From NCBI GenBank assembly GCA_913048995.1, contig CAJWXK010000001.1, forward strand, positions 8,230 through 72,229: a stretch of 64,000 bases of DNA. The letters run 5' to 3'. Positions 1-10,820 of this stretch are shown in pieces. The notes under the pieces are model-generated. The model was not told the DNA's origin, ran no database searches, and was given only the letters and a program-made list of their open reading frames with translations. The position numbers were made by a program, and so were the translations under genes. Positions within the stretch are counted from its first letter, which is position 1. The number at the start of each line of letters is the position of its first letter. The DNA is from an uncultured Synechococcus sp. Its GTDB lineage: Bacteria; Cyanobacteriota; Cyanobacteriia; PCC-6307; Cyanobiaceae.

Positions 1-241
1 CAAGCAAGTGCAGCCGAATACACTTTCCGTGGTTTCCAATGCCGTCGAATATTGCAAATCAGCCTGAATTCTCTGGCAAATACTAAGGCAATAGATTCTG
101 TATGGACTGAACCAACTCAGCCTTTGTGTAGATGGCTAAACCTAAACGAAGGCTAATAGGCAGAGTTCAACAGAAAGTGAACCTCGCTTGACGAAGATAT
201 TCCCATGATTAAGTTGAAGAAAAATCATCAGATGAGACATT

Positions 242-1423
242 ATGCATAAATGGGTTCAGTGGCTCTTGCCACAGATGTTCTTCTGCTTGAACTTGGCAGC
301 GGTTGTTGTCTACGCTGTTACGTCGAATAGCCTTGAAACTAACCTCAACCTCACATCAGCACAAATTGGAGGGCTGGGAGGCGCTTATTTCATTGCCTAT
401 GCGCTCTCACAGTTGTTTCTTGGCTCAAGTCTTGGTGCACTACCTGCCAAGTACCTTGTAGGCGTTACGGCATTAGTTTCAGCAGCAGGGTCTTTTCTAC
501 TAAGCGCTGCTGAAAATTATGAAATGGTTTTGGTAGCAAGAATACTGATGGGGATTGGTTTTGGAACTGCAATGGTCGGTGTGATTTATGCCATTGGCAA
601 ATACTTCACCAATAAGTTTGCTTTCATGGTTAACCTCTCGCAGAGCGCGGCTAATGCTGTTGGTGCTGCGATCGGCACATTGGCCTCAATTCCATTACTG
701 CAAAATTTTAGACTGCCTTTTCTTGTTACTGGTTGCCTTTTAGTGGTCAATGGTGTGATGCTGCTTCTGATAACTAGTAATGATGAGAAAAACCCCGCTA
801 ATGAAAGATCTGCTGGCCTGTCGAATCAACTAGTCGATATTGCTGCAAATAGTCAGTTTTGGATCGGTACGATTTACTTTACAGGACTCTTTGCCACATT
901 CTTGGCGTACGCTGACTTATGGAACATTAAATTCCAAATGGATATCTTTAATCAGAATAGTATTGATGCAGCAATGATTAATTCTGGTGTGGCCTGGGGC
1001 TGTACTCTTGGCGCACTGATCAGCGGCATCTGGGCCAACCGTGTTGGGTTCTTGATTCCAGCACGTATTTGCGCATGGATGTCTCTGATCTTGATGGGGA
1101 TTATGTATATCCAACCTCTTGCTGGACTGGCCGTCCCTTTGATGGTTCTGCTTGGTTTCTTTATGGGCGCTGCTCCACTTGGGTTGGCATCAATGAATGC
1201 GCATGTTCCTCGAAAGAGTCAATCCATCGCATCAGCGATCCTCTTGACTGTTGTGTTTCTTGTTGGGGGGCTGTTGATGTCCAGTGTTGGCATGAGCCTT
1301 GCAAACTTACCCTCCGACGCATTTGAAACGTATCGTGTTGGCTTAAATTGGTTTCTTGTGCCGATCGCGATTGCAGCAGTGGCCAGTCTCTTCATGAAGC
1401 CAAGTCGCTACAGTCAGCGTTGA
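242..1423 (+). CDS. MFS transporter
   Basis: 393 aa, about 12 hydrophobic segments, MFS motifs (ARILMGIG, GIWANRVG). Confidence 0.85.
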   Translation: MHKWVQWLLPQMFFCLNLAAVVVYAVTSNSLETNLNLTSAQIGGLGGAYFIAYALSQLFLGSSLGALPAKYLVGVTALVSAAGSFLLSAAENYEMVLVARILMGIGFGTAMVGVIYAIGKYFTNKFAFMVNLSQSAANAVGAAIGTLASIPLLQNFRLPFLVTGCLLVVNGVMLLLITSNDEKNPANERSAGLSNQLVDIAANSQFWIGTIYFTGLFATFLAYADLWNIKFQMDIFNQNSIDAAMINSGVAWGCTLGALISGIWANRVGFLIPARICAWMSLILMGIMYIQPLAGLAVPLMVLLGFFMGAAPLGLASMNAHVPRKSQSIASAILLTVVFLVGGLLMSSVGMSLANLPSDAFETYRVGLNWFLVPIAIAAVASLFMKPSRYSQR

Positions 1424-1675
1424 GATGAATTCGGGACTGATATTGGCATCTGATTGACAGAATCTCATGTTCTGCACTGCGCATGGAGTACGGCTTGATG
1501 GCTATCGCATTTGATCACCTTTGAGATCCCGTGTCTCAGCACCAAGCTTTTATGCAGAGCCAGAATGGATAAGAGTCAATCAACGACTCGGATAACTCTG
1601 TAAATATTCGAAAAAAAGTTTTGCTGCAAGCCTATATCTGGCCAGGGTATTCATAGGACCGCACGACAAGAGCAG

Positions 1676-2980
1676 GTGACTTCAAACACGAAGGCCTACA
1701 GAGCCTCTATCTTTCATCTGCTCGATGACCCTCGTTACAAGAAACAAGCCCATGAGTTCATCGATGACGGGCTGCTGGTCGTCTGTGATGGCAAGGTTGT
1801 TTCAGTAGGGCCAGCGGCAGCAGCTCTGGCAGCGCTGCCTCCTGGTACAGAGGTCACCCAATTTGACGACGGGATCATCACGCCTGGCTTTTTTGACCTT
1901 CACAATCATTTCCCACAGCTGAGCACCGTGGCTGTGTACGGCGAGCAACTCCTGGGCTGGCTGAATGCAATTATCCCTGAGGAAGAGGTCTATAAAATAC
2001 CTGAAGTTGCGACGTCGCGTGCCAAGATTTTTCTCAAGGAATACCTTCGCGCTGGTACCACCACCATGGTCACCTATGGGTCATGGGCAAAAGAATCTGT
2101 CGATGCACTATTTTCTGAGGCTGAGCGCCTGAACATGCGATTGGTTGCAGGTAAGGTTATGGCTAACCGCAATATGCCTGCGGGTATTACCACAACTGAT
2201 CCCGAGAGTGACTATGAAGACAGTGCTGAATTAATTTCGCGTTGGCATGGCCGTGGCCGTCTTGCCTATGCAGTGACTCCACGCTTTGCCATTAGTTCAA
2301 CTCCAGAAGATCTGCACTCGGCTGGGCGTTTGATGCGTGAGAACCCGACCGTCTATATGCAGACTCATCTTTCTGAAAATCCAGACGAGGTCAAGTACAC
2401 CCTAGATCTATTCCCAGGCCATAAGAGCTATCTTGATGTTTACGACCACTTTGGCTTGGTGGGTGACCGTTCCATCTTTGGTCATTGCATCCATCTGGTG
2501 GATGAAGATTTTGCGCGTGTCAAGGAATCTGGCGCTGTGCTTTGCCCTAACCCTCCGTCCAATATGTTTCTTGGTAGTGGACTCTTCAAGTTTCAAAAAG
2601 CTAAAGACTACTCTGTCAGGCTTGCCTTAGGGACTGACTTTGGCGCTGGGAATACCTTCTCGATGCTCAATTCCATGGAGAACTCCTATAAAATGGCTCA
2701 GCTTGATGGTTATTCACTCTCACCATTTGAAGCCTTTTATTTCAGTACGCTTGGCGGTGCAAGAGCCCTCTCTATGGATGACAAGCTCGGTAATTTTGCA
2801 GCGGGTAAGGAAGCAGACTTTGTGGTCATGGATACCTGCTGCACTCCGTTTATCTCATGGCGTATGGAACATGCCAAAACACCGCTGGAGAAACTTTTTG
2901 TGTTGATGATGCTAGGCGACGATCGTGCAATCCAGCGCACTTATGTATTCGGAGAGCTGGTACACAACCGTGATGCATAA
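1676..2980 (+). CDS. guaD: guanine deaminase
   Basis: PGFFDLHNHFPQ, YAVTPRFA, QTHLSEN, GTDFGAG amidohydrolase motifs typical of GuaD. Confidence 0.92.
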   Translation: MTSNTKAYRASIFHLLDDPRYKKQAHEFIDDGLLVVCDGKVVSVGPAAAALAALPPGTEVTQFDDGIITPGFFDLHNHFPQLSTVAVYGEQLLGWLNAIIPEEEVYKIPEVATSRAKIFLKEYLRAGTTTMVTYGSWAKESVDALFSEAERLNMRLVAGKVMANRNMPAGITTTDPESDYEDSAELISRWHGRGRLAYAVTPRFAISSTPEDLHSAGRLMRENPTVYMQTHLSENPDEVKYTLDLFPGHKSYLDVYDHFGLVGDRSIFGHCIHLVDEDFARVKESGAVLCPNPPSNMFLGSGLFKFQKAKDYSVRLALGTDFGAGNTFSMLNSMENSYKMAQLDGYSLSPFEAFYFSTLGGARALSMDDKLGNFAAGKEADFVVMDTCCTPFISWRMEHAKTPLEKLFVLMMLGDDRAIQRTYVFGELVHNRDA

Positions 2981-3195
2981 ACTCATCGTGACTTTCTGAT
3001 GTGATAAGCCTGAGAGTCTTCACCTCTTGGCGGATCCTTGAGATATTGTAGTGCCCTACTCTGAAATCTGTTTAATCCTTCTCTTTGATATGTTGGACCA
3101 ACAGGTCAGTCAAAAATAGGGATCTTGGCCGAGTGAGGTTGTAGCTAACAACATCTGCTGACAGTGTTTCTGCTTTTCGACTCAGCTTTATCTAT

Positions 3196-3240
3196 AAAGA
3201 GCATAAAAGGTGCTTCCAAGAGCAGCTTCAAATGCTCTTT
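3196..3240. terminator. stem-loop between convergent genes, possible bidirectional terminator
   Basis: AAAGAGCAT...ATGCTCTTT 9-bp inverted repeat with inner pairing; a second hairpin TGTCTAC/GTAGACA at 3270-3292. Confidence 0.3.
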
Positions 3241-3330
3241 GCATGTGTTATTTCAGCCATGGCAAAACTTGTCTACTCTGCTGCGGTAGACATTGGTATT
3301 CCTGCGATTGATTTCCACTGGTATTAGTCC

Positions 3331-4677
3331 CTAGGAAAGCATCGGGGCCAGCATTCCGTGTGGGTCAAAGCTCTGCTGGCGCCGACGCAGTGCGCTGAGG
3401 ATGGGGCCATAGGCCAATTCCAACTCAAGGTGATAAGTCGGGGATTCTGGATGTCGTTGAACGATGTAATAATGATTGGCTAACTGTGCCAAAGCTGCAA
3501 AGCAGTCTTCTGCCCACTGAATGGCAGATTTTCCTGCGCTTGGATCATTAGGACCGAAAATTGCTGTGACCACAATTGACCATTCAGCTTGTCGCCCCCT
3601 GTACGCAGAGCTATCAAGGTCAACTGCATTCACAACACCTCCAACGTGTTGAAGATCAATGCGGCATTGGCGATTTGGTGCTGAGCTAATTAAATGCGTC
3701 AACACTTCCGAGATCGATTGGCCCACACCTCGCGGTACGCTGATTGAATACACGCGTGTTTTGATCCTTTGGTATCGGTTAGGGTTTGGAGGTTCAAGTG
3801 GAGGAACGACACCTCCATGCGATGGGAATTCAAATTCTGGAAGTTCTTCCTGTCCAGCAACTATTTCTGAGCAACCTCCAGGCTTCCGTTGAAACTCCAT
3901 CAACGTCCGTTGGTTTTCTATTGCTGCGACGGCATAAGTCAGAATCTGAGCTTTTCTTTGATCTGAGGAAAAACCCAGGATCATTGAACAGGAACCTTGT
4001 TCTGGCAGAGATTCTGCGTTGTTGATCAGCTCCGGCAGTTGCTCGACTGGACAGAGATGTCGTATCACATGCAATTTTCTTCTGGTATCAGTCTTCAGTG
4101 TGACCTCAGTGATTACAGCCAGAAAGACTGAAGCCCCACGCAGCATCATCCACAGTTCTTGGTCGGAATGATCTGCTTTGATCTCAATGCTCTGCCCGTT
4201 GGCCGTTATCCCCCTGATTGCTTCAATGTGATCAAGCGTTAGTCCTAGGCTTCTGCTGAGGTGACCGATGCCTCCCATCGTCAATAGCCCAAAGCCTGGA
4301 GTTAATGATGTGCCGACTGGCAACATGCGCCCTAATGGTGTCAACATCTCAAGTACAGCTCCCATGCTTGCTCCTGCCTGGACTGTGACTAGGTCACCGT
4401 GGCAGGTGATTTTGTTGAGCCCGGCACTGAGATCGAGCATCAACGTTCCGCTTAGCGAGCAAAGAGCACTATGGCTTCCGCTGCAGACACTGATCTGCAG
4501 CTCTTGTTGAAGAGCTAAATGAAGAGCGTCCTGCAGTTCGTCATGATTACGAGGCTGGACGATCAGCGCAGGATTTTCGCCAGCTGCAATGCCATTATTC
4601 AAACTTGCCAATACACGCTCGTAGGCCCCTGTTGCCGGCTCGAGGACCCTTTCCTGGAAGCTCATCAACTGCAACAA
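3331..4677 (-). CDS. FAD-binding oxidoreductase (BBE/VAO-like)
   Basis: PALIVQP...SVCSGSH (RSGGH-like FAD His), GGIGHLSRSLGLTLD, terminal FDP motif. Confidence 0.82.
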   Translation of the reverse strand: MLQLMSFQERVLEPATGAYERVLASLNNGIAAGENPALIVQPRNHDELQDALHLALQQELQISVCSGSHSALCSLSGTLMLDLSAGLNKITCHGDLVTVQAGASMGAVLEMLTPLGRMLPVGTSLTPGFGLLTMGGIGHLSRSLGLTLDHIEAIRGITANGQSIEIKADHSDQELWMMLRGASVFLAVITEVTLKTDTRRKLHVIRHLCPVEQLPELINNAESLPEQGSCSMILGFSSDQRKAQILTYAVAAIENQRTLMEFQRKPGGCSEIVAGQEELPEFEFPSHGGVVPPLEPPNPNRYQRIKTRVYSISVPRGVGQSISEVLTHLISSAPNRQCRIDLQHVGGVVNAVDLDSSAYRGRQAEWSIVVTAIFGPNDPSAGKSAIQWAEDCFAALAQLANHYYIVQRHPESPTYHLELELAYGPILSALRRRQQSFDPHGMLAPMLS

Positions 4678-5302
4678 TCCTCTCTTGCTTCATAGCTCAA
4701 CCCCATGATCCCTTGCCGGCTCGTTTCGAGCCGTAACGCCAAGATCCTATTCTTGTCAATTTCTAATCAGTATCACTCGCCCTATTGTGTTGGTTCACAG
4801 CATTTGTGCTGCTCTATTTTTCTTTCTGGATATTCTTTGTGCTCGCTTAGTAGAGTGTTCGATGGCACATAGCAGGTGCATTCATGCATAAATAAAGCTG
4901 CGAATCCGTCACTCTCACCTTCGGAGCTAACTACAAGTTCGCGTTAGTGATCAGCAATCGAACAAGGCTATGGACATGACAGAAGCAGTCATTAAGTCAA
5001 TATTGAGGATCACTTGCGAGGCTGGCTTTGTTCCTCCCAAGGGGACGTGGGGCAGCTTGTTTTAAACCTATTAGAACCATTTTTAAGCATGAACAGTGCT
5101 TTTCCTTTTTTCAACAGAACTTTTGTGGCTAGTAAATAGATTTACTGCAAGTGCGCCAAGAAACTTGACACAGTTTGGCTTCGGCTCAGTGCACAATCCT
5201 GGGTGTGGAACCTGAACTGCGTGCCCGCAAACACAATCCAACCTGAAGATCAACGCTGCCCTGGTGGCCGGATGGTTGACGCAGGTGAGTCTGCGCAATG
5301 TC

Positions 5303-5692
5303 CCCGGATTGAGCGGTTGGAGGCGCGGTTCAATCCTCTGGCGATTTCCGCGTTGATCGCCAACGTTTTGCGGCTTTTCCTACTTCAGGCCCAGATGATT
5401 CTTTCCAATCCGCTGGCCATCGTCTTGATGGCCATTCCCCTGATCCTCCAGACTCACCTGATTTACTGGATTACGGCCTTTTAATGCGTTCTGCAGGCCA
5501 GCAGCGTTCGATTGCTGCACCTGATGCCATGATCGCCGCTCCAATCTTTTTGAGTTGGCGGTGGCAATCAGCTTGTTCGGTTTGAACTCCGGCGCTGCAC
5601 TAGCCACTGTTGTTGGGGTGCTGGTTGAGGTCCCGGTGATGCTGTCGCTTGTTCAGATTGCGGATCGGAACCAAACGTTTTTTCCTGCGTGA
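5303..5692 (+). pseudogene. acr3: ACR3-family arsenite efflux pump remnant (C-terminal part only)
   Basis: LSNPLAIVLMAIPLILQ then TAA at 5482; after a frame change [38 protein letters not shown] to TGA 5690-5692; N-terminal part absent; start coordinate approximate. Confidence 0.85.
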
Positions 5693-5778
5693 GATTGGCT
5701 GCGAGATGACGTGTGTTCTGCGCACCCGACGGTCTTGCGTGGCCTGAATAACGTCTTGGAGATGAGGGTGGCTGCTTG

Positions 5779-6963
5779 ATGACTGGCCTGCGGCAGGTGT
5801 TCGTTCAGTTCCTCGTTTTGGGCCTGACCTCCTTTGGTGGCCCCGTGGCGCATCTGGGTTACTTCCATGAGCGCTTTGTGCAGCGGGAGCGTTGGATCAC
5901 CGCTGAGGCCTACGCCGATCTCGTCGGCCTCTGTCAGCTGCTGCCCGGACCTTCGAGTTCGCAGGTGGGCATGGGCCTGGGTCTGATTCGGGCCGGCTGG
6001 CTTGGCGGTCTGGCGGCCTGGGCGGGATTTACCTTGCCCTCAGCTGTGTTGATGGTGCTGGCGGCGTCGCTGCTCTCGGCCTATCCCACCTGGATTGAGG
6101 GGGGCTGGGTGCATGGCTTGATGGTGGCGGCTGTGGCCGTGGTGGCGCAGGCCGTTCTTGGCCTGCAGCGCAAGCTGGCTCCCGATCGGCGACGGGCCAG
6201 CGTGATGGTGGCGGCAGCTGTGCTGGTTCTGTTTGTGCCGCGCGTCTGGGCTCAGCTGTTGGCCCTGCTGTTCGGTGGGTTGGTGGGGTTGTGCGTTTTG
6301 ACGCCTCCTGAGCTTGAGCTATCGGCGCCGGAACGTCTCGTGGTTCCGCTGCGGCGCTCTGTGGCGGTGGTGTTGCTTGGTGTTGCTGTGCTGCTGTTGG
6401 TGGCTCTGCCCTGGATGACCGCTGAGGCCAGGCCGCTGCTGCTGCAGCAACTCAGTGGATTCCTGCGCACGGGTGCCTTGGTGTTCGGCGGTGGGCATGT
6501 GGTGCTCCCCTTGCTGGAGCAAGCGCTGGTGCCCAACGGTTGGATTGACCTGCAGCGGTTTCTGGCAGGGTATGGGGCTGCCCAGGCCCTGCCGGGGCCG
6601 ATGTTCAGTTTCGCGGCCTTTCTTGGCTTTGATCTGCAGCCTGGGCTTCAGGGCATCGCCGGTTCTGCGATGGCGCTTCTTACCCTCTTTTTACCCTCGT
6701 TCTTGTTGATTGGTGGGCTCCTGCCCTTGTGGAGTGACCTGGGCCGTTTGGCTCCGATGCGTCGAGCCCTGCTGGGCATCAATGCATCGGTGGTGGGCAT
6801 CCTGCTGGCGGCGTTGTTTCAACCCGTCTGGCAAGCGGGAATCCGGGGCGGCGCTGAGTTCGGCCTGGCGTTGGTTGCGTTTGTACTGTTGGTGAGCTGG
6901 CGGCAACCGGCGTGGCTTGTGGTGCTGTTTTGCGCCGGGGTGGGTGGTTTGACCCTGGCCTGA
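5779..6963 (+). CDS. chrA: chromate efflux transporter (long-chain CHR)
   Basis: LGLTSFGGPVAH, LPGPSSSQ, VFGGGHVV, QALPGP duplicated CHR motifs. Confidence 0.93.
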   Translation: MTGLRQVFVQFLVLGLTSFGGPVAHLGYFHERFVQRERWITAEAYADLVGLCQLLPGPSSSQVGMGLGLIRAGWLGGLAAWAGFTLPSAVLMVLAASLLSAYPTWIEGGWVHGLMVAAVAVVAQAVLGLQRKLAPDRRRASVMVAAAVLVLFVPRVWAQLLALLFGGLVGLCVLTPPELELSAPERLVVPLRRSVAVVLLGVAVLLLVALPWMTAEARPLLLQQLSGFLRTGALVFGGGHVVLPLLEQALVPNGWIDLQRFLAGYGAAQALPGPMFSFAAFLGFDLQPGLQGIAGSAMALLTLFLPSFLLIGGLLPLWSDLGRLAPMRRALLGINASVVGILLAALFQPVWQAGIRGGAEFGLALVAFVLLVSWRQPAWLVVLFCAGVGGLTLA

Positions 6964-6991
6964 TCCATTCCTCTGCAGAATCACTGCATTC

Positions 6992-8104
6992 ATGGGGAGC
7001 ATGGTGGCTGGAGCTGGTGTGAATCCTGCCGATCAGAACTGGCCTTGGTGGCCTCTGCTTCCCCTTTATCCCTATGGCAGGCGCCGGACCCTTAGGCGTG
7101 AACTTGTACCTGGTCAGGTTTGGAGTTTTGAGCAGCTACAGGGGGTTTTCTATGTCGCCGTGCCGATCCGCATGACGGCGATCAAGGTTGACGGGGGGTT
7201 AATGCTGTATGCCCCGAACGCCGCCACTGCTGAGTGCATCGCCCTCGTGCGTGATTTAGAGGCAATCCATGGACCTGTCCTCTCGATTGTTCACCCAAGC
7301 AGTTCAGGCCTTGAGCACAAAGTCGGTGTACCGGCAATGGCCCGGGCGTTCCCGGGAGCTGATGTCTGGGTGACGCCGGGTCAGTGGAGTTTTCCTTTGC
7401 CCCTACCGCTCAGTTGGGTTGGCTTCCCTGCTGGGCGCACGCGGGTGTTGTTTGAGAACGGTGTGCCCCACGGCGATGAATTGCAATGGGAGCCGCTCGG
7501 TCCTGTGCCGCTTGGGCCAGGTCCTTTTATGGAAGCCAGTGTGCTGCATCACGCCAGCGGCACGCTGCTTTGCACCGATGCACTCATTGCGATCTCCGAG
7601 CAGTGGCCTGAATTGTTGGACCTTGATCCAACACCGATGCTGTATCACGGCCGTGACCATGGCGATGAACCAATGGATGACGAGCCGCAGCGACGACGTC
7701 GCGGCTGGAAGCGTCTCGTGCTCTTTGCTACGTGCCTCAAGCCACATGGGGTGGACCAGGTCTGGCGCCGCTTTCCGTTTCGCTGGAGACCAAGTTGGGA
7801 GCAAGATTTTGCTGTAATCAGTCGAGGTGGACGGCTACGGGTAGCACCGATTCTCGAGGATCTCGTCTTTCCTCGTCATCGGCCGCTGATGAGTGACTGG
7901 TTGCGTCGCTGCTCCACCCTCAGCTTCTGCCAGCTGGTACCTGCACATTTCCACGCACCGATTCGATGTGATGGTTCAATGTTTGAGACTCTGGCCCAGG
8001 CCTGGGAGGGCGGGGATTCGGATGATGCGGAAGCATCAGATCGTGCCTTCCTGCGCTCCTTCAACAGGCAAATCGAACGCCTTGGTCTGGTACCGAAGGC
8101 TTAA
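6992..8104 (+). CDS. DUF4336 family protein
   Basis: WPWWPLLPLYPYG, VPIRMT, GLEHK, TDAL, VPAHF motifs. Confidence 0.8.
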   Translation: MGSMVAGAGVNPADQNWPWWPLLPLYPYGRRRTLRRELVPGQVWSFEQLQGVFYVAVPIRMTAIKVDGGLMLYAPNAATAECIALVRDLEAIHGPVLSIVHPSSSGLEHKVGVPAMARAFPGADVWVTPGQWSFPLPLPLSWVGFPAGRTRVLFENGVPHGDELQWEPLGPVPLGPGPFMEASVLHHASGTLLCTDALIAISEQWPELLDLDPTPMLYHGRDHGDEPMDDEPQRRRRGWKRLVLFATCLKPHGVDQVWRRFPFRWRPSWEQDFAVISRGGRLRVAPILEDLVFPRHRPLMSDWLRRCSTLSFCQLVPAHFHAPIRCDGSMFETLAQAWEGGDSDDAEASDRAFLRSFNRQIERLGLVPKA

Positions 8105-8436
8105 AGCTCGATGGGCTCGTCGCCATCTGGGCCAAACATCGAGCTTTCAAGTTCCATGCGCTGCTCCATCTGCCGCAGGAAATAGCCGGTCATCATCGCT
8201 GATGCCAGAAGACCAGCCAGGTTGTCTCGGCTGGTCTGGATCTTGACCTCGAACTGTTCACCAGGCAGCAGGCCCAACAGACCCTGCACGTTGTGGCGAA
8301 TGATCTCTTGAATATCTGGACTGGCGGAGCGGGCGACGCGCTGAAGCACATCCGGGCTCTGCTCCTGGAGGTACTTGATCAGGTCGTTTCCACTGATCGC
8401 GTCAGTTTCCGTGGTCAGAAATTCGGGGTTGAACAT
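8101..8436 (-). CDS. DUF760 family protein
   Basis: NLAGLLASAMMTGYFLRQMEQR. Confidence 0.85.
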   Translation of the reverse strand: MFNPEFLTTETDAISGNDLIKYLQEQSPDVLQRVARSASPDIQEIIRHNVQGLLGLLPGEQFEVKIQTSRDNLAGLLASAMMTGYFLRQMEQRMELESSMFGPDGDEPIEL

Positions 8437-8484
8437 CCGGCCACTGCTGTCGTCCAGGTAACAACCTAACAGTCCCTTCAGCTT

Positions 8485-9048
8485 TTACCCCACCCTTGGT
8501 GCCTTGAGCGGGCCAAAGCCCTGTGGTGGCCAGTAACGCCAGAAGGCCGTGCCAATCAAATCAGTCTCCTGTAGTGGCCCCCAAAGGTGTGAATCGAGGC
8601 TCTCGTTCCGGTTGTCCCCGAGCACCATCAGCTCTCCATCTGCCAGCTTCAGCTCCGGTAGTTCGTATTCCATGGCCTCCGCGGTCCAGGGTTCCTTGAT
8701 GGTGTTTCCGTTGCGCAAAAGCTCACCGCCGTGGACTTCAAGTTCATCTCCAGGAATCCCCACTATTCGTTTAATCAGTGCCGCCTGAGGGTCGTAGCCG
8801 GCGCTCACCAGTGCCTCGGGGGTCTGAAACACCACCACGGCATCGCGTTTCGGTTGCAGTCCAAGGCGGTGCCCCAGCTTGTAGACCAGCACTCGATCCT
8901 GTGGCTGCAGCCCTGGCTGCATCGATTCCGAAGGGATCCAGCGCGGCTCGACCACACCCCAGCGCAGCAGGATTGCTATCCCCAAGACAAAAAACAGTGA
9001 ACGCCACTGGCTCAGACCACTGGACTGCTCATCGGACTTGCTGGTCAT
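8485..9048 (-). CDS. lepB: signal peptidase I
   Basis: IPSESM (Ser), IKRIVG (Lys), GDNRNESLDS; ATG at 9048 chosen over upstream alternative start. Confidence 0.92.
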   Translation of the reverse strand: MTSKSDEQSSGLSQWRSLFFVLGIAILLRWGVVEPRWIPSESMQPGLQPQDRVLVYKLGHRLGLQPKRDAVVVFQTPEALVSAGYDPQAALIKRIVGIPGDELEVHGGELLRNGNTIKEPWTAEAMEYELPELKLADGELMVLGDNRNESLDSHLWGPLQETDLIGTAFWRYWPPQGFGPLKAPRVG

Positions 9049-9098
9049 CGTTTTGGGTCGGCACGCGAGCACAATCGTGACGCGCTGATGCTCCTCGC

Positions 9099-10820
9099 TT
9101 GGATCTGCAGGCCGCTGACAACCTGCGTGCCGCTGAGGCTTTGTTATCGGCTCTGATGGGCCTGGGGCTAAGGCGTTTAGTGCTCTGTCCTGGGAGCCGA
9201 TGCGGACCGCTCGCCTTGGCGGCCTCCCGTTTTGAAGTCCATGGTCTGCAGCTGATCTGCGGAATTGATGAGCGATCTGCAGGTTTTCTGGCTCTTGGGA
9301 TGAGCCGCGCTGATGGTCATCCCACAGCTGTGGTGACCACCTCTGGAACGGCTGTGGCCAATCTGCTTCCTGCAGCAGTAGAGGCCGATCACAGTGCTTT
9401 GCCGCTGCTTTTCATCACTGCTGATCGTCCAGAACGGTTGAAGTCCTGTGGAGCCAATCAGACCGTGAATCAGGAGGCATTTCTGCAACCCTCCTGCCGA
9501 GCGCTTCTCCAGGGTCCGCTCGACGGTTTACACCGAGCGGATGCGCCACGCTTGCAACGCCTAGCAGATGCCGCTTGGCGCCATTGCCTTGGAATTCCTG
9601 CCGGGCCTGTCCACCTCAACCTCGCTTTCGAAGAACCGCTACATGCATCTGCTGAGCTTCCTCGGCCCTCCCAGCCGCTGTCCAGACAATTAGAGCTCCC
9701 CGCTTTTGGGGATCCCATTGACGACCTTGCTCCACTGGACCTTGACCGCCCAGGACTGATCGTTGTGGGTCCCTGGCGACGTGGTCGGGGTACCGGTTTT
9801 GTTGCAGCGTTGCGGCGCCTGGTCGATCGCAGCGGCTGGCCTGTCTTGGCAGATGCAGCTTCTGGGTTGCGCGGTCTGAACCTCCCAGTGATCAGTTCTT
9901 ATGACCTGCTGCTCGAGGATCCCGCTCGAGTGCCTCATCCACATCAGCTTCTCCGCCTCGGCTCGATGCCATCGAGCCGCCGACTGCAGGATTGGCTACA
10001 GCTCCACAAAGGTCCGGAGCTGGTTATTACCGAAGGCGATCCACGCCGTCAGGATCCTCTCGGTAGCGGCGCCCCTCAGTACTGGCAGGGATTGAAGGCC
10101 TGTACAACCTCACTTGCCGCGGGATCTCCTGCACCCGAAAGCTTGCAGTTGCAGCGGGAGTGGCTTCAGGCGGAGAAGCTGACTCAGTGCCGTCTTGATC
10201 AGGCCCTGGCTTTTGCCGGCACCTGCACGGAACCCTCGCTCGCTCGCTCCCTGCAGCAGCTGTTACCGCTCGATTGGCCAGTGATGTTGTCCAGCAGCTC
10301 TCCAGTGCGGGATTGGGAGAGTTTTGCTGCTTCCCCCGAGGGCCATCGCACGATCGTCAGCTTCCGAGGTGCTTCGGGTATTGATGGCACCCTTTCACTT
10401 GCTGCCGGTCTGGCCACTCAGTGGCAGAAGCTTGTTCTGGTGACAGGTGATCTGGCGCTGTTGCATGACAGCAACGGCTGGCTCTGGGGCCAGCAGCTGA
10501 AGGCAGAACTTCGAGTCGTTCTGATCGACAACGGCGGTGGCGGAATTTTTGAGCAGCTGCCGATACCCCGGCAGGGACTTGATTTCTCTCGCCTATTCGC
10601 GATGCCCCAGGCCGTGGACCCTCTGGCTTTAGCCGCTGCCCATGGGGTGTCACAGCGTTCTTGCAGCGCTATGGACCAGCTCGCTGATGACCTCGCTTGG
10701 CTGCTCGAACCCGGCGATCCCATGCGCCTGCTTCGCTGCAGCACGGACGCTGCTGCGGATGCAGTTCTGAGGCGGACACTGCGCCAGCCAGGATGGCCGA
10801 TTGAGCCCCCGCAGGCCTGA
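9099..10820 (+). CDS. menD: SEPHCHC synthase
   Basis: [44 protein letters not shown]. Confidence 0.95.
   Translation: MDLQAADNLRAAEALLSALMGLGLRRLVLCPGSRCGPLALAASRFEVHGLQLICGIDERSAGFLALGMSRADGHPTAVVTTSGTAVANLLPAAVEADHSALPLLFITADRPERLKSCGANQTVNQEAFLQPSCRALLQGPLDGLHRADAPRLQRLADAAWRHCLGIPAGPVHLNLAFEEPLHASAELPRPSQPLSRQLELPAFGDPIDDLAPLDLDRPGLIVVGPWRRGRGTGFVAALRRLVDRSGWPVLADAASGLRGLNLPVISSYDLLLEDPARVPHPHQLLRLGSMPSSRRLQDWLQLHKGPELVITEGDPRRQDPLGSGAPQYWQGLKACTTSLAAGSPAPESLQLQREWLQAEKLTQCRLDQALAFAGTCTEPSLARSLQQLLPLDWPVMLSSSSPVRDWESFAASPEGHRTIVSFRGASGIDGTLSLAAGLATQWQKLVLVTGDLALLHDSNGWLWGQQLKAELRVVLIDNGGGGIFEQLPIPRQGLDFSRLFAMPQAVDPLALAAAHGVSQRSCSAMDQLADDLAWLLEPGDPMRLLRCSTDAAADAVLRRTLRQPGWPIEPPQA

Noticed and set aside
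1-67. Possible 3' end of an upstream gene (KQVQPNTLSVVSNAVEYCKSA*)
   Set aside because: Too short to support or identify.
5083-5298. 71-aa Cys-rich minus ORF
   Set aside because: No recognisable motif; lies in the disrupted island junction.
5203-5484. 93-aa ORF as an independent gene
   Set aside because: Its second half is part of the ACR3 pseudogene; the start looks fortuitous.
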